The translations under genes were made by a program, and so were the position numbers. 64,000 nucleotides of DNA from Octopus vulgaris (Eukaryota). Below the pieces are notes generated by a model. That model was not told where the DNA came from. It was given only the letters and a program-made list of their open reading frames with translations, and did not search any database. The first letter of the stretch is position 1, and each line of letters starts with the position of its first letter. This document shows, one piece after another, positions 14,914 through 28,141 of this stretch. The stretch spans positions 41,478,001 through 41,542,000 of the forward strand of contig OX597819.1 in NCBI GenBank assembly GCA_951406725.2, given 5' to 3'.

Positions 14914-15180
14914 TGCGTGTGTGTGTGTATATGTGTGTGCGTGCGTGCGTGTGTGTGTTTGTTTGTTCCCTTCTCCACCACTTGTTGCCGGTATTGGCTA
15001 GTTTACATCCTTGTAACCAAGTGGTTTGGCAAAAGACCGATAGAATGTGTGTGTATGTGTGTATGTGTGTGTGTGTGTGTGTGTTTGTTTGTTTGTTCTC
15101 TTCTCCACCACTTGTTGCCGGTGTTGGCTAGTTTACGCCCCTATAACCAAGTGGTTTGGCAAAAGACCGATAGAATAGGT
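14607..15180 (+). repeat. Four tandem copies of an about 86-bp SINE-internal segment separated by (TG)n
   Basis: GTTTGTTCCCTTCTCCACCACTTGTTGCCGG...GGCAAAAGACCGATAGAAT at about 14607, 14783, 14961 and 15091, inside one SINE (about 14400-15280). Confidence 0.9.
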
Positions 15181-16472
15181 ACTGAATTGAAAAATAAACA
15201 CTGGTTCTCGATTTGTTGGACTTAGACTACAAGCCAATGCTACAGCATGTCCACTGTCCAGAAACTTGAAGTAAGTAAAATATTATAGAATATAGCAAAA
15301 ATATAGGCAGAAGATATGATGTACATGCCTGTAAATAATTTGGTCAAATCTAGCACGGGAAAAATTTCGAAATTTCACTGATCCATTTTTCTGAAACTCG
15401 ATGGCAAGCACACTACATCAGTTTCTTTTGCTGGTGGATACCAACTGATTTCGCTTACAAATCTTATGCATTATTCCTGTTAATATGTGGTGGAGTATAC
15501 AGGGCGATGAGCTGGCGGAATAGTTAGCACTCTGGAGAAACTGCTTAGCAGCATTTCGGACATCTTTACGTTTCGAGATCCTGTTCCCACTACGTCGACT
15601 TTGCCTTTCTTCCTTTCGAAGTCGATGAAATAAGTACCAGTTGAACACAGGGGTCAATGTAATCGACTTAAACCTTTCCCTCGAAGTTACTGACCGGCTA
15701 AGTAGGAGTAGTGTACTGTATGGATTAGGAAACAATATTTGGGCAATAAGGACATATAATCTACTTATAAAAGAATTGAATGATAGGTACTGTTTAAATA
15801 TGCAATGAAACATTACTATGAAAGCAAAAGGCACTCTCCACTTAATGAAATTGAAATAGGAAAATATATTTACGTTGCCGGCACGAAACCATTACTGTTA
15901 TGTATATTTAGAAGCTGTAGATATAATATCCTCTTCTTCTGACCACGCCTAAATTAAATGAATTATAATATACATTTAAGGCTGGAAACATGCTAAAGAT
16001 GACTAATGAAGAGATAACCTTTCCAGAAATAGGCTTTATTAAGGGAAAATCTGCACAAATAACGTTGACATAAATACACAGAGAGTTTAGGCGGAAAATT
16101 AGTCGAGTCATTAGAGTGCTGTACAGATTTCCTTTTGGTCTTTGTTCCGGCTCTCTGCTGCGAGTTCGAAATCCAGCGAGGTCAACCTCGCGTTTCATCT
16201 TTTCGCAATACAAGCGTAGGAGAGTGAGTGTATTTCCCAAATTGTTAGATCTTTGGGTGGGATACTGTACAATATCCGTTTCAGATCAGTGAATTCTAAG
16301 TTCAAATCCCGCCCTGTTATCGATGACACTTCTGCCAGGAATTGCGACGACAGATAAAATCATCGAACCGAGGAAATTGGGAAGCATAGCTTCTTTTGGT
16401 GGATTGAGAAAATCGACTGCCACCTCCAGCTCAAATCCAGACATGTTAAATTTCTGAATATATATATATATC

Positions 16473-16689
<217 letters not shown>

Positions 16690-16691
16690 TA

Positions 16692-16736
<45 letters not shown>

Positions 16737-16738
<2 letters not shown>

Positions 16739-17500
16739 GTTTCTTTATTACCCACAAGGGGCTAAACATAGAGGGGACAAACAAGGACAGACAAACGAAT
16801 TAAGTCGATTACATCGACCCCAGTGCGTAACTGGTACTTATTTAATCGACCCCGAAAGGATGAAAGGCAAAGTCGACCTCGGCGGAATTTGAGGTCCACT
16901 TTGCCTCGAAGCCCATTCCTTACTTACGATGAATCCGATACCTCCGACCGATCCAGTACCTTCTGCTCTCCCTAATCTCACAGTGCATCCATCTTGCCAT
17001 CGTATACTCGCTTCCTTCTTCCAGCGTGTCTCGCACAGCCCTAACACGTCGCACCTGATCTTCTTCCTCTCCTCCATTAGGTGGCTCAGTTCTTGCCACA
17101 CTGCCAAGGACCAGCAGTTGTAGGTGCATATGGCAAGGTTAGTCCTGTTCCATGACGGCCCTCGGGAACCTGTGATTTTTAGCAGCCTCTCGTCGCTCGG
17201 GTTGCATTCCGCCGTCATGGAGTGGCCCAATTGACGTGCAGGGTACTGAAGCCCTTTTCCTTTTCTCTTCGTTCTTCGTGCTGTTTTAGCGGGCAGGCCG
17301 ACATTTTTGTTGGATGGCCGTTGACTGTTCAGGAGTTCATCCGCCCTTTGATGGGTCTTATTTTTCATCCCACAGGGTGTCCAACAACAGCCTCCTCACC
17401 AAGCGAGCCTGGTGGGGTTGTCAGTTTAGTCGCCGACGACCCGACCATGCAACAGGTTGTACTGGATTACATGTTACCAAGAGCACTCTAGAGCGACCTG

Positions 17501-17502
<2 letters not shown>
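16737..17502 (-). mobile_element. RTE-type LINE 5' portion (UTR + APE N-terminus) fused to a SINE body/tail, within (TA)n
   Basis: - strand ORF has ICTYNC..L, CDVLGLCETRW and GSVGGIGFIV (APE domains I-III), then switches at about 16891 to SINE sequence (CAAATTCCGCCGAGGTCGAC...CCCCTTGTGGGTAATAAAGAAA). Confidence 0.75.
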
Positions 17503-17561
<59 letters not shown>

Positions 17562-19148
17562 AACAGTGTCTTGGAGAGAAATACTGCTGTATAAATCTTG
17601 TTTATTATCAACATGTTATTAAGACGAAAGCTGGCAAAACCGTTAACACTCCTTCCCGGCATTTCGTTGTCTTTACGTTCTGATTTCAGATTTCGCCGGT
17701 GTCGGCTTTGCCTTTTATCTTTTCGGGATCGATAAAATAAATACTAGTTGATCAATGGGGATCAATGTAATCGACTTATTTCTCCCCCGTAATTGCTGGC
17801 CTTGTGCCAACATTTTAAGCCAATATGAAAGTAGCAGTTAATAATACTATGGATCGGTTACAGTTTAGGTTGCAAGAAGTGTGAGGTTGACCTCGCTGAG
17901 TTTCGAACTCACAGCAGAGAGTCGGAACAAAGACCGAAAGGAATTCTTTACATCACTCTAATGACTCGACCAATTTGCCGTAGTATAATTTAAGATACCA
18001 TTACAGAAATTCTACCCCCATACACACACACGACAGCTATGTTTCAACCGAATTCTATCGCCATATGACTACGTCCCAGTAACTTATTCAAACATTGAAA
18101 GAGTTTGATTGAAGTTCACGAAGATTCCAGCATTTCCTGATTGAACCCTTTTTTCCGAGGCGTGGAGAAGAGGGAAATCTCACATCGGATATAGAATGTC
18201 AAATTCCTTTTCTCATACAAAGTTAACCAGAATTATACACTTCGCTACGTCATTTTCATCGACGTAGATCACTGCTGTCGCCGCTACTGCTGCCGCCATT
18301 ACTGCTGCTGCTGCTGCTGCCGCTATTGCTGCCACTGCTAGCGATGTCTCCGCCAGTTTCTATAGACAAATATTTCTCCTCATGATTCAATGAATCATCG
18401 TTTAAAAAGTTATATCATAAAATTATATTATGAACTGCGGCAAATGTACTTAAATATTATTAAGATAACAATCGTTTGTTTCATGTCTGTTTTTGTATTT
18501 TGAATTTATTTCGTTTATAAAAATTGAGGGTAAAATTACATGACTAGTTTATTATTTCTTCTTGATGTTTGGCAGACGGTGGAATAGCAGAACTGGTAGC
18601 GTGATGCTTTATTATTATTATTATTATTATTATTAATAATAATAATAATGGTTTTAGATTTTGGTACAAGGCCAGCAATTTCGGGGCAAGTCTATAACAT
18701 AGATCCCGGTGTTCAATTGGTATTATTTTATCGATCACGAACGGGGAAAGGCAAATCGACCTCGGCAGAATTTGAACTCAGAACGTAATGAGGGGGAAAT
18801 ACAGATAAGCATTATGTCCGGTGTGCTATCCTTTCTACTAGAGGCACAATTTTGGGTGAGAGCTCTAGTCGATTCATCGACGTCATTACTCAGCTGGTAT
18901 TTATTTTATCGACAATAATAATGATAGTTTCAAATTTTGCCACAAGGACAGCAATTTTGGGAGGGGGACTAGTCGATTACATCGACCCCAGTGTTCAACT
19001 GGTACTTATTTTATCGTTCCTGAAAGGATGAAAGGCAAAATCGACCTCGGCGGAATTTGAACTCAGAACGTAGCGACGGGCTAAGCATTTCGCCCGGCAT
19101 GCTTAACGATTTTACCAGCTCGCTACCTTATCGACAATAATAATAATG

Positions 19149-19208
<60 letters not shown>

Positions 19209-20144
19209 GATTTTGGCACAATGCCAGCAATTCCGAGAGAAAAGGAGAAGGCAGGTCAATTTATCGATCCCGAAACAATAATAGGCAAAGTCGACCTCGG
19301 CGGAATTTGAACCCAGAACGTAACGAGTCGGAAAAGTGTTCTAACGGCTCAGCTAAATTCACGCCTTTTACTTTTATAATAATTGTTCCTAACTTAGGCA
19401 TAAGAAAAGCGGTGTTTGAGGGCAGGGATTAGTCGGCCCCAATAATTAACTACCACTTTACTTTATCGTCCCAGGAGGAGTGAAAGGTAAATCTATCCTT
19501 GGAATGAGCTTAGGATGTAAAAAGCTGGTACAAATATCACAAGGCATATTTGACTCTCTAACCATTCTGCCAGTTCACCATCTTTTGCTCTCATTGTAAG
19601 AATTGTTTCTAACTTAGACCGGTGCAGGGGTTAGCTGATGCCATCGACTCCAGTACGTGGTCAGTATTTTACTTTATCGACTCCGAATGGCTTAAAAAGC
19701 AAAATTAACCTCCGTGGGATGCGAACCTGGAACATAAGGAACCACAGGAAACATTGCGGATTGTTTTTAATGCTTTCACAATTCTGTCATCATAAAAAAT
19801 TAACAGGTTTGGGTAGAGGGCACAGCTGATGAAATCGAGTCTATCACTTGAGTTTCATTCCGTGGGGGCTGTACTAGAAACAGTGATGTACTGAGATGAA
19901 TTCTATCGATTTAAACTTAAAGGTATGCGACTGAAATCATTATAGTTGTATACATTTACTTCCTAAGTTCAAATCCCGTTGAGGTCGATTTTGTCTTTCA
20001 TATTCCTGGAGTCGATAAAATACGCAGCAGTTGAATACAGGGATCCAATTAATTGACTGTTTTCATTCTTCACGTTTGAAACCAAGGTTTGGTCGACAGT
20101 ATTGGTAGAGTTAGTTGGTTTTTTGCTTGAAGTCGTAACTACTC

Positions 20145-20555
20145 TCTATATATATAAAGCTGAAGTTGTCTGTGTGTGTGTGTGTGGCAGGTTTGGTAGC
20201 CTTCAACTAACACTATCTCCTCCGAGACCCTGCGGCGCAAGTTGACCAAAATTGAGAGTATGATAGAAGAAGGCTTGCTCTTCATTCCGTGGAAGAAAAA
20301 AATTCAAATCGGACCATGTTAAGACTAAGACCAAACATTATTTACATCAAAAAGGTGCTTTTTTTCTATGAAAATCCCTATTTTTTACGATTTTTTGACT
20401 GCAGTGTCGTCATTTTTCGGTGTATTTCAACCAGAAAAATGTTCACTTAAAGAGAATAACAAGCTACATAATGCTAAATTTTTACTTTTCAAAAATTCCA
20501 ATTCTAAAGGGTCGAAAAGAAAGTAAACCCGAGCAACGCCGGGCTATACTGCTAG
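20145..20555 (+). mobile_element. Non-autonomous Helitron-like element
   Basis: 5' TCTATATATATAAA + GTCTGTGTG; 3' hairpin CCCGAGCAACGCCGGG followed by CTAG|T; no TSD. Confidence 0.75.
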
Positions 20556-20727
20556 TATAGAACTAAAATATCTCATCAGTTAAATTAGCCATTTTCTAAC
20601 TGAAATGAAAAATACAATGTTTCTGCTTAAATCGTTTTTTGGTGAATAATTTCGGTTAGTTCTTCTTGACCAAATCAACATTGAGTGACAAGAAAGTCGT
20701 AGAATTCAAATATCTTGGTTGTGAAAA

Positions 20728-21496
20728 TATTCTTTTCTACTCAAGGTACAAGGCCCGAAATTTTGGGGAAGGGTGCCAGTCGATTAGATCGACCCCAGTA
20801 CGCAACTGGTACTTAATTTATCGGCCCCGAAAGGATGAAAGGCAAAGTCGACCTCGGCGGAATTTCAACTCAGAACGTAAAGACAAACGAAATACCTATT
20901 TCTTTACTACACACAAGGGGCTAAACACAAAAGGAACAAACAAGGGCAGACAAACGGATTAAGTTGATTATATCGACTCAGTGCATAACTGGTACTTATT
21001 TAATCGACCCCGAAAGGATGAAAGGCAAAGTTGACCACGGCGGAATTTGAACTCAGAACGTAGCGGCAGACGAAATACCTATTTCTTTACTACCCACAAG
21101 GGGCTAAACATAGAGTAGACAAACAAGGACAGACAAACGGATTAAGTCGATTACATCGACCCCAGTGCGTAATTGGTACTTATTTAATCGACCCCGAAAG
21201 GATGAAAGGCAAAGTCGACCTAGGCGGAATTTGAACTCACAACGTAAGAGCAGACGAAATACTATTTCTTTACTACCCACAAGGGGCTCAACACAGAGAG
21301 GACAAACAAGGACAGACAAACGGATTAAGTTGATTATATCGACCCCAGTGCATAACTGGTACTTAATTTATCGACCCCGAAAGGATGAAAGGCAAAGTCG
21401 ACCTCGGCGGAATTTGAACTCAGAACGTAACGGCAGACGAAATACCACTAAGCATTTCACCCGGCGTGCTAACGTTTCTGCCAGCTCACCGCCTTA
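20728..21496 (-). mobile_element. SINE tandem array: one head + four bodies (period 183-184 bp)
   Basis: GAAATAC junction at 20889, 21072, 21256 and 21439. Single A-box head near 21490; the outermost tail is of a different type. Confidence 0.9.
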
Positions 21497-21767
21497 GTGT
21501 AATGGTCGTTTTGGACCAAAGGTCATTATAATCGCCCGATCCATTGACAGCCATCTTGTCTGAAGGAACGGAACTAAGCCAATAATCAATGTATATTGTA
21601 TAGGCGCAGGTGTGGTTGTGTGACTGTGAGGTGAGAAGTTTGCTTTCCAACCACATGGCTTCAGCTTCAGTCCCACACTGTGACACCTTTGGATGTCTTC
21701 AACTATAGCCTCAGGTCGACCAAAGCTTTGTGAGTGGATTTGGTAGAGAGAAACTGAAAGAATCACG

Positions 21768-21820
<53 letters not shown>

Positions 21821-22170
21821 CGTATATGTGTGTCCTCGATCGCTACTAGACAACTCCTGATGTGTTTGCGTCCCCGTAACTAAGCTGCTCGGCAAAGAGA
21901 CCGATAGAATAAGTAATAAACTTTAAAAAAAGATAAGGACCGGGGTCGATTCATTCAGCTGAAAATTCCTCAAGGCGGTGCCCCAGCATGGTCGCGGTCT
22001 AATGACTGAAATAAGTAAAAGATAAAAGATAAACGGTAATCTCCAAAACATATGATCAATAGGATCGGGGTCCGCTCCCATAAAAGAGGCGTTGCTATTG
22101 CTACGCATACAGGCATCGTAGACTGCGTCCAGAGAAGAGCCACTGGACTGATTGGTATTAAATCATTTAC

Positions 22171-22771
22171 AAGGCGGCGAGCTGGCAGAAACGTTAGCAC
22201 GCCGGGCGAAATGCGTAGCGGTATTTCGTCTGCCGTTACGTTCTGAGTTCAAATTCCGCCGAGGTCGACTTTGCCTTTCATCCTTTCGGGGTCGATAAAT
22301 TAAGTACCAGTTACACACTGGGGTCGATGTAATCGACTTAATCCGTTTGTCTGCCCTTGTTTGTCCCCTCTATGTTTAGCCCCTTGTGGGTAATAAAGAA
22401 ATAGGTATTTCGTCTGCCATTACGTCCTGAGTTCAAATTCCGCCGAGGTCGACTTTGCCTTTCATCCTTTCGGGGTCGATAAATTAAGTACCAGTTACGC
22501 ACTGGGGTCGATATAATCAACTTAATCCGTTTGTCTGTCCTTGTTTGTCCCCTCTGTGTTTAGCCCCTTGTGGGTAGTAAAGAAATAGGTATTTCGTCTG
22601 CCGTTACGTTCTGAGTTCAAAGTCCACCGAGCTCGACTTTGCCTTTCATCCTTTCGGGGTCGATAAATTAAGTACCAGTTACGTACTGGGGTCGATATAA
22701 TCAGCTTAATCCGTTTGTCTGTCCTTGTTTGTCCCCTCTGTGTTTTGCCCCTTGTGGGCAATAAAGAAATA
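22171..22771 (+). mobile_element. SINE tandem array: one head + three 184-bp bodies, 14-bp TSD
   Basis: Units start GGTATTTCGTC at 22220, 22404 and 22588. GGTATTAAATCATT at 22154-22167 and 22772-22785. Confidence 0.92.
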
Positions 22772-23934
22772 GGTATTAAATCATTGATACGCTCCAGCCT
22801 CTTGCTCACAGATGTGCTGTTTCTTTTCTCTTGTGTTTTTTCTATTGGTACAATAATGGTACAATAATGGAGCATCGTTCAAACATCCATGATTCACTTG
22901 ACCCTCTACCCCTCATCACTCCTGTTGCGTCCAACCCCATCGGTTCCGCTCTAACCATTTTGCTGAATTGTTAAATGATTTCGGTCAAGATGGAAAAAGC
23001 GCATTCGTGAAAGAATTGAAAGCTCGCTGTGACCAATGATATAGTCTGCTCAATACGGTAAACAGTTATAAATGACAAAAACATCATTTTGTTTTATAAG
23101 TGTATATACTGAGATCAATTTTCCTACACTATTCGATAGAAAGTACAAATCTAGTACTGAGTGTCGATGTAATCAACTTACCCATCCCCTCAAAATTTCC
23201 GTCCTTGTACCAAAACTTGGAAAGAGTATTAAGTTTTAAATCTAAGAGAAAACATCTGAAAATGAAAGTATTGAAAGTACTGGGGTTAAGTAGGAACAAA
23301 CATAGTCTTAACTGTTTGACTTCCGATGTTATGACACCTTTTCATGTTATATCAATGTCTGGCAAAAGTAACTGTTGTAAGTTGTAGGTGTTTAGTTCCA
23401 GGTGAACTCTGATCAAGCAGAGTTCCAGTCGTAGCCATCGCTTATTTTCAGACAATATATCCAGAACTACATTACCCAACGTATTCTTCCTTTTGTCTAA
23501 ATCGTAAACTGTGGCTTCATGAGAAATTTAATTTAGCTACTATTTCTAGCAAGTTCAATAACCGTGTAAGAGTCTCCTTGTTGTCCCGTATAGATAACGT
23601 GTAATGATGACTTCAACCAGGAAGAGAATCGATGTCACTGACTCGATTAACCAGGAGTTTATATTTGTTCCAGGATATTCAACTCAAATTTACAAAGTAA
23701 ACAAATGAATAAATAAATGAAGCAAAACTACAAAACATTTCACTTCAATACTTTATTATATTTTCACGAATATGTTTGACTCGGTTCCAAGTGACTTAAA
23801 GTTTCGTGGGCGTATAAATATACGTCCATCTAAAAATAAAATATTCAAAAAGATGGATTTAAGATATTTAGAGGTGCCTTGGTATAGTCTCAGCCGAATA
23901 TTTTAAACTGATAACAGAGAGAGAGAGGGGGGGA

Positions 23935-24016
<82 letters not shown>

Positions 24017-25057
24017 GATACACAAAAAGAAATATTAAAATTTTATCTTCCGTATATACTAAGAGACACGTGTTTATTGCAAGCAACTGGTCTGAAATAT
24101 TGCAAATTTAACACTATTGTTAATTCTCCTTTATCGGTTATCCCTACTGGCATATCAAGGTGACATTCAGCAGAAGGAGAAAGAGATGAGATCGTCTAAC
24201 AACGTCACTTGTGGAAGTGGCTTACAGTCGAAACCATAAAGCACTTACTAAGATCTCTAATGCAAGAGACACGCACTTCTGACCTTGCAATAGAGAATGT
24301 ATCGAGAGCATTGTGCTTTGCCTCGACTGAATAGAGATTTCGAAACAGATTGCTTGTGCAAGTATAGTCTGCATGCCGGACACCGGTATTAGAGATCATC
24401 AGAAGAGAATATATGTTCGGATTTGGTAAAACAAAGTTTAACTAGAGGTGAATTGAACTAATATCATTTCAAATTTTGGCATAAGGACAGCAAGTTCAGG
24501 GGAGTGGGTAGGTCGATTACATCGGCCCCAGTAATCAGCTGGTATTTATTTCATCGATCTCGAAAGGATAAAGGACAAGTCTAACCTCGGCAGAAAATTC
24601 CGCTAAGCATTTTGCCTGTCGTGCTAAAAGTTGGACTGTTATTACGCTCTGCCTAAGGCAGTGAGCTGGCCGAATCGTTAGCACGCTGGGCAAAATGCTT
24701 ACCGGCATTTAGTCCATATCTATATTCACCTTCTGAGCTCAAAGTTCCCCGACGTCGACATTACCTTTCATCCTTTTGGAGTCGATAGAAAAAGTACAAG
24801 TTGAGCACTGGGGTCGATGTAATTAAATTTCCACTTTCCCTGAAATTGCTGGCCTTGTGCCAAAATTTGAAATCAGTATTACGCTCTGTCCTAAGTCCAA
24901 GACAATTGCTTGTTTCTCTGATACTTGCTCAGTCAAGATAAGTCAACGAAGTATCACCAGAGAGATTTCTATAATTAAAAAGTTAGAAAATACTGTGGAT
25001 GCTTAATCTATTGACGTATAAGACGTTTGAAATGACCTTTAACTAAATTGTCACTTA

Positions 25058-25563
25058 TCTTTCTATATATAAACGGCAGTTTGTCTGTCTGTGTGTCTGT
25101 GTGTCTGTCAGGTTGTACCCTCGCCCTGACCACGGCTTTCAACCGATTCTGATGAATCTTGACACACATATAGCTCAATGTCATAATTCAAAACTAACGC
25201 AGCGAAAAGTTTTAAAAGTTCCCCCAGTTCTGAAAAAAATCGATAAATTCGACATGGGGTCGAGAATCTAAGCTTTTTATTTGCAACACATTTTCTGTTG
25301 TAGTTTCTGCAACTTGCAATCGATTTTCACCAAACTCATGGTGAAGCTTAATGTTACCCTAAGAAACTTAATTCTGACGTTAGTTTTCCATGCAATACCT
25401 TACCATCAGAAAAAATCGATAAAATCATGCCATTTTGGGAAATCGCGTTCAAATTCAAGATGACATATTTTCGACAATATCTTTTTTTTAAAAATTCACA
25501 GCGAGCATCATGTCTGCTCCAGGGGCTCTTACATACCCGGACAATGCCGGGCTATGCTGCTAG
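25058..25563 (+). mobile_element. Non-autonomous Helitron-like element
   Basis: A|TCTTTCTATATATAAA...CCCGGACAATGCCGGG...CTAG|T. Confidence 0.75.
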
Positions 25564-25996
25564 TATGTAATGTCGATGTCGGGATATGAAGAATCTTACA
25601 CTAAAATTTGAATGCAAAATTGAAATCCATCCATCCATCCATCCATCCATCCATTTCTACCCAATATTCCTGGGAAGGTCGTGGATACACAGTCCTGAGT
25701 CATCTTCACCATGAATGAAAAATAAGTCAAATCAATGTAATCTATGAATCTTTGTGTATGTATGTGTGTGCGTGCGCGCGCGCGTTTTCTAATGCTTGGA
25801 ACGCACGCACACCAATATATACATACATACAAACATGCATACATACATGCATACATACATTCATATATGTGGTGTGTATATGTATATTTATATATGTATG
25901 TATGTGTATATATATATATATATGCATGTGTATACATGTATATATCTATATATCTGTATATATATGTGTGTGTGTGTGTTTGTGCGAGCGTGTATA

Positions 25997-26031
<35 letters not shown>

Positions 26032-26369
26032 GAATAATATATTTCTAAATATCTCAGAAAGATTTATGCAGTAGTGGTACGATAAAGTAGTTGTATACTG
26101 TCAACTTAATGTGACAGTCCCATGAAGAGAATCATACTACTGCTATTTAACCCTAGGAAGCAGCAACATCTCCTGTCAGCCTTGACACATTTCCTGTGTT
26201 CTTAGGTTTGCGAGCACCCCCCCCACACACACATGTATGTAGGTATCGTTTTTTTATAGATTTCGCCAACGTTGTAATTGGTGCAGGTGTCAAACCATAA
26301 AGTTGAAATCTTTACATGTAAGGTTATCATTTATTTACAAATTACATCATGTCAATAAATGTAATCATA

Positions 26370-26880
26370 TCTATATATATAAAACTGTAGTTGTGTGAGT
26401 GTCTGTCCCCTTCGATTTAGATTCCTAACTACTCCCACATTTTGCGGTGCAGTTTAACCAAATTCGGGTATCTTATAGTCGTGATTCATATCGAGCCCGT
26501 CTGAGTATTAGCGCGCGTCTACGATGAGTCTACGATTTTAAAAATAATTTAACATCATTTTTTATTCCATTTTAATGCATAATTTTTCGTGTCGATGGCG
26601 GCGGAGTTGGCGTCCATGGTCACACCTGCACCTGTTTGCTTCTCCCCCTTCTTCCATCCCTCGTGAAGCTGTGGGGAAGGGAGTGTAAGGAAATCAACGT
26701 CGTAAAGCGTTGTCAAGGAGACCAGCGTTCTTTTAGAACAACGACTTCATGGCTTGAAGACACCAAAACAGAAATGGCTAAGAAAGCCCGAATTGGCATC
26801 TATAAGGGAAGTAACTCTCTAAAAATGCTTATATAGTTATTTCCCTTACAAACCCGAGCAACGCCGGGCGATACTGCTAG
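26370..26880 (+). mobile_element. Non-autonomous Helitron-like element
   Basis: A|TCTATATATATAAAA...CCCGAGCAACGCCGGG...CTAG|T. Confidence 0.78.
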
Positions 26881-26933
26881 TTATTGATAATTACTCTCGA
26901 GATTGACAAATAAACAAAACACTAGAATATACA

Positions 26934-26975
<42 letters not shown>

Positions 26976-26978
<3 letters not shown>

Positions 26979-27357
26979 GAAATATGTTACAAGAAGAAAA
27001 TATAAAATACACGTGGAAATGTAAGGGTAAAATATGAAAAATCAACGAAAATGCACATTGCAAATAAAAAGAGGCTATTTATGACAGGTAACGACAAATA
27101 TATACATTTAGATTGACTGAGGTAGTAATAAGAGTCATAAAAGCCATTATTATGAGATGATTATAAGATGTCTTATTAGACCTGACACCGTGTATTAGCC
27201 GGTGTTTTTCAAGCGATGAATAGTTTGCGTAAATCATGGTTCGCTTTGTTCTCTTACTTTATTATCATCTTATAATCATCTCATAATAATGACTTTTATG
27301 ACTCTTATTACTACCTTTTTTTATTTGCAATGTGCATTTTCGTTGATTTTTCATATA
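26976..27357. repeat. Fold-back element in (TA)n with two pairs of inverted arms
   Basis: 27032-27070 pairs with 27318-27356, and 27120-27170 pairs with 27266-27316. Confidence 0.85.
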
Positions 27358-27360
27358 TAT

Positions 27361-27693
27361 ATATATAATAGAAAATTACTATTTGTAAATCTCTCAACGT
27401 GAGGAATTCAGTAACAGTACTCTAGAGAAAAGATTATTTGCCAACATAACGTAGCAGCCCTGGTTAGGACGAATGCTACAGCTGGCTATACGATACTATC
27501 TGTCTCCTTATATTTTCGAACATGGGATGTTAAACTCCCTTGTTCAAAACAGGAATGCCAAACTCCTTTGTTCGAAAATATAAGGACACAGATAGTGTGT
27601 CGTATAGCCAGCTGGAGACGATGTTTCCTGGGGCTAATAGCAGTAGCATTTGTCCTAACCAGGACTGCCACGTTATGCTGGCAAATAATCTTT
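27361..27693. mobile_element. Fold-back non-coding element, structured-RNA family member 1
   Basis: Inverted arms 27429-27522 / 27569-27693 plus a unique left tail. Homologous by eye to the 39.1-kb and 57.3-kb elements. Flanked by TA/TACA repeats. Confidence 0.75.
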
Positions 27694-27714
27694 ACTATAC
27701 ATACATACATATAT

Positions 27715-27821
<107 letters not shown>

Positions 27822-27822
27822 A

Positions 27823-27854
<32 letters not shown>

Positions 27855-28102
27855 ATGTATATATATGCATGTATGTTTATATATATAAAACGGCTAAAGA
27901 GATAGAAACGCTGCTTCTGGGAATCCGACTGGAGGTAGCACTGGGCAGATATGGTATTTTCACACTTTTTACTAAGAGAGAATTTTTCTGTTCACGGTAA
28001 CTGCAGCGAATTTGTCTTTAGAAGTTGAAATATGTCGCAAACTTATTTAACAAACCTAATGTTCGTTTATGCTTAAACACTGCTTGGTGCTGATACAGCA
28101 GA

Positions 28103-28141
<39 letters not shown>

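Noticed and set aside
14607-15180. CRISPR-like repeat-spacer pattern
   Set aside because: Repeats are about 86 bp of SINE sequence, spacers are TG microsatellite, there are no cas genes, and the DNA is eukaryotic.
17300-17502. HDV-like ribozyme expected at the RTE 5' end
   Set aside because: I could not fit the nested double pseudoknot by eye.
20666-22875. Recurrent peptide [23 protein letters not shown] in many ORFs
   Set aside because: Antisense translation of the SINE core; not a protein family.
24205-24399. Non-repetitive 64-aa ORF considered as the last exon of cyclophilin-2
   Set aside because: No cyclophilin similarity; the real last exon is 28963-29112.
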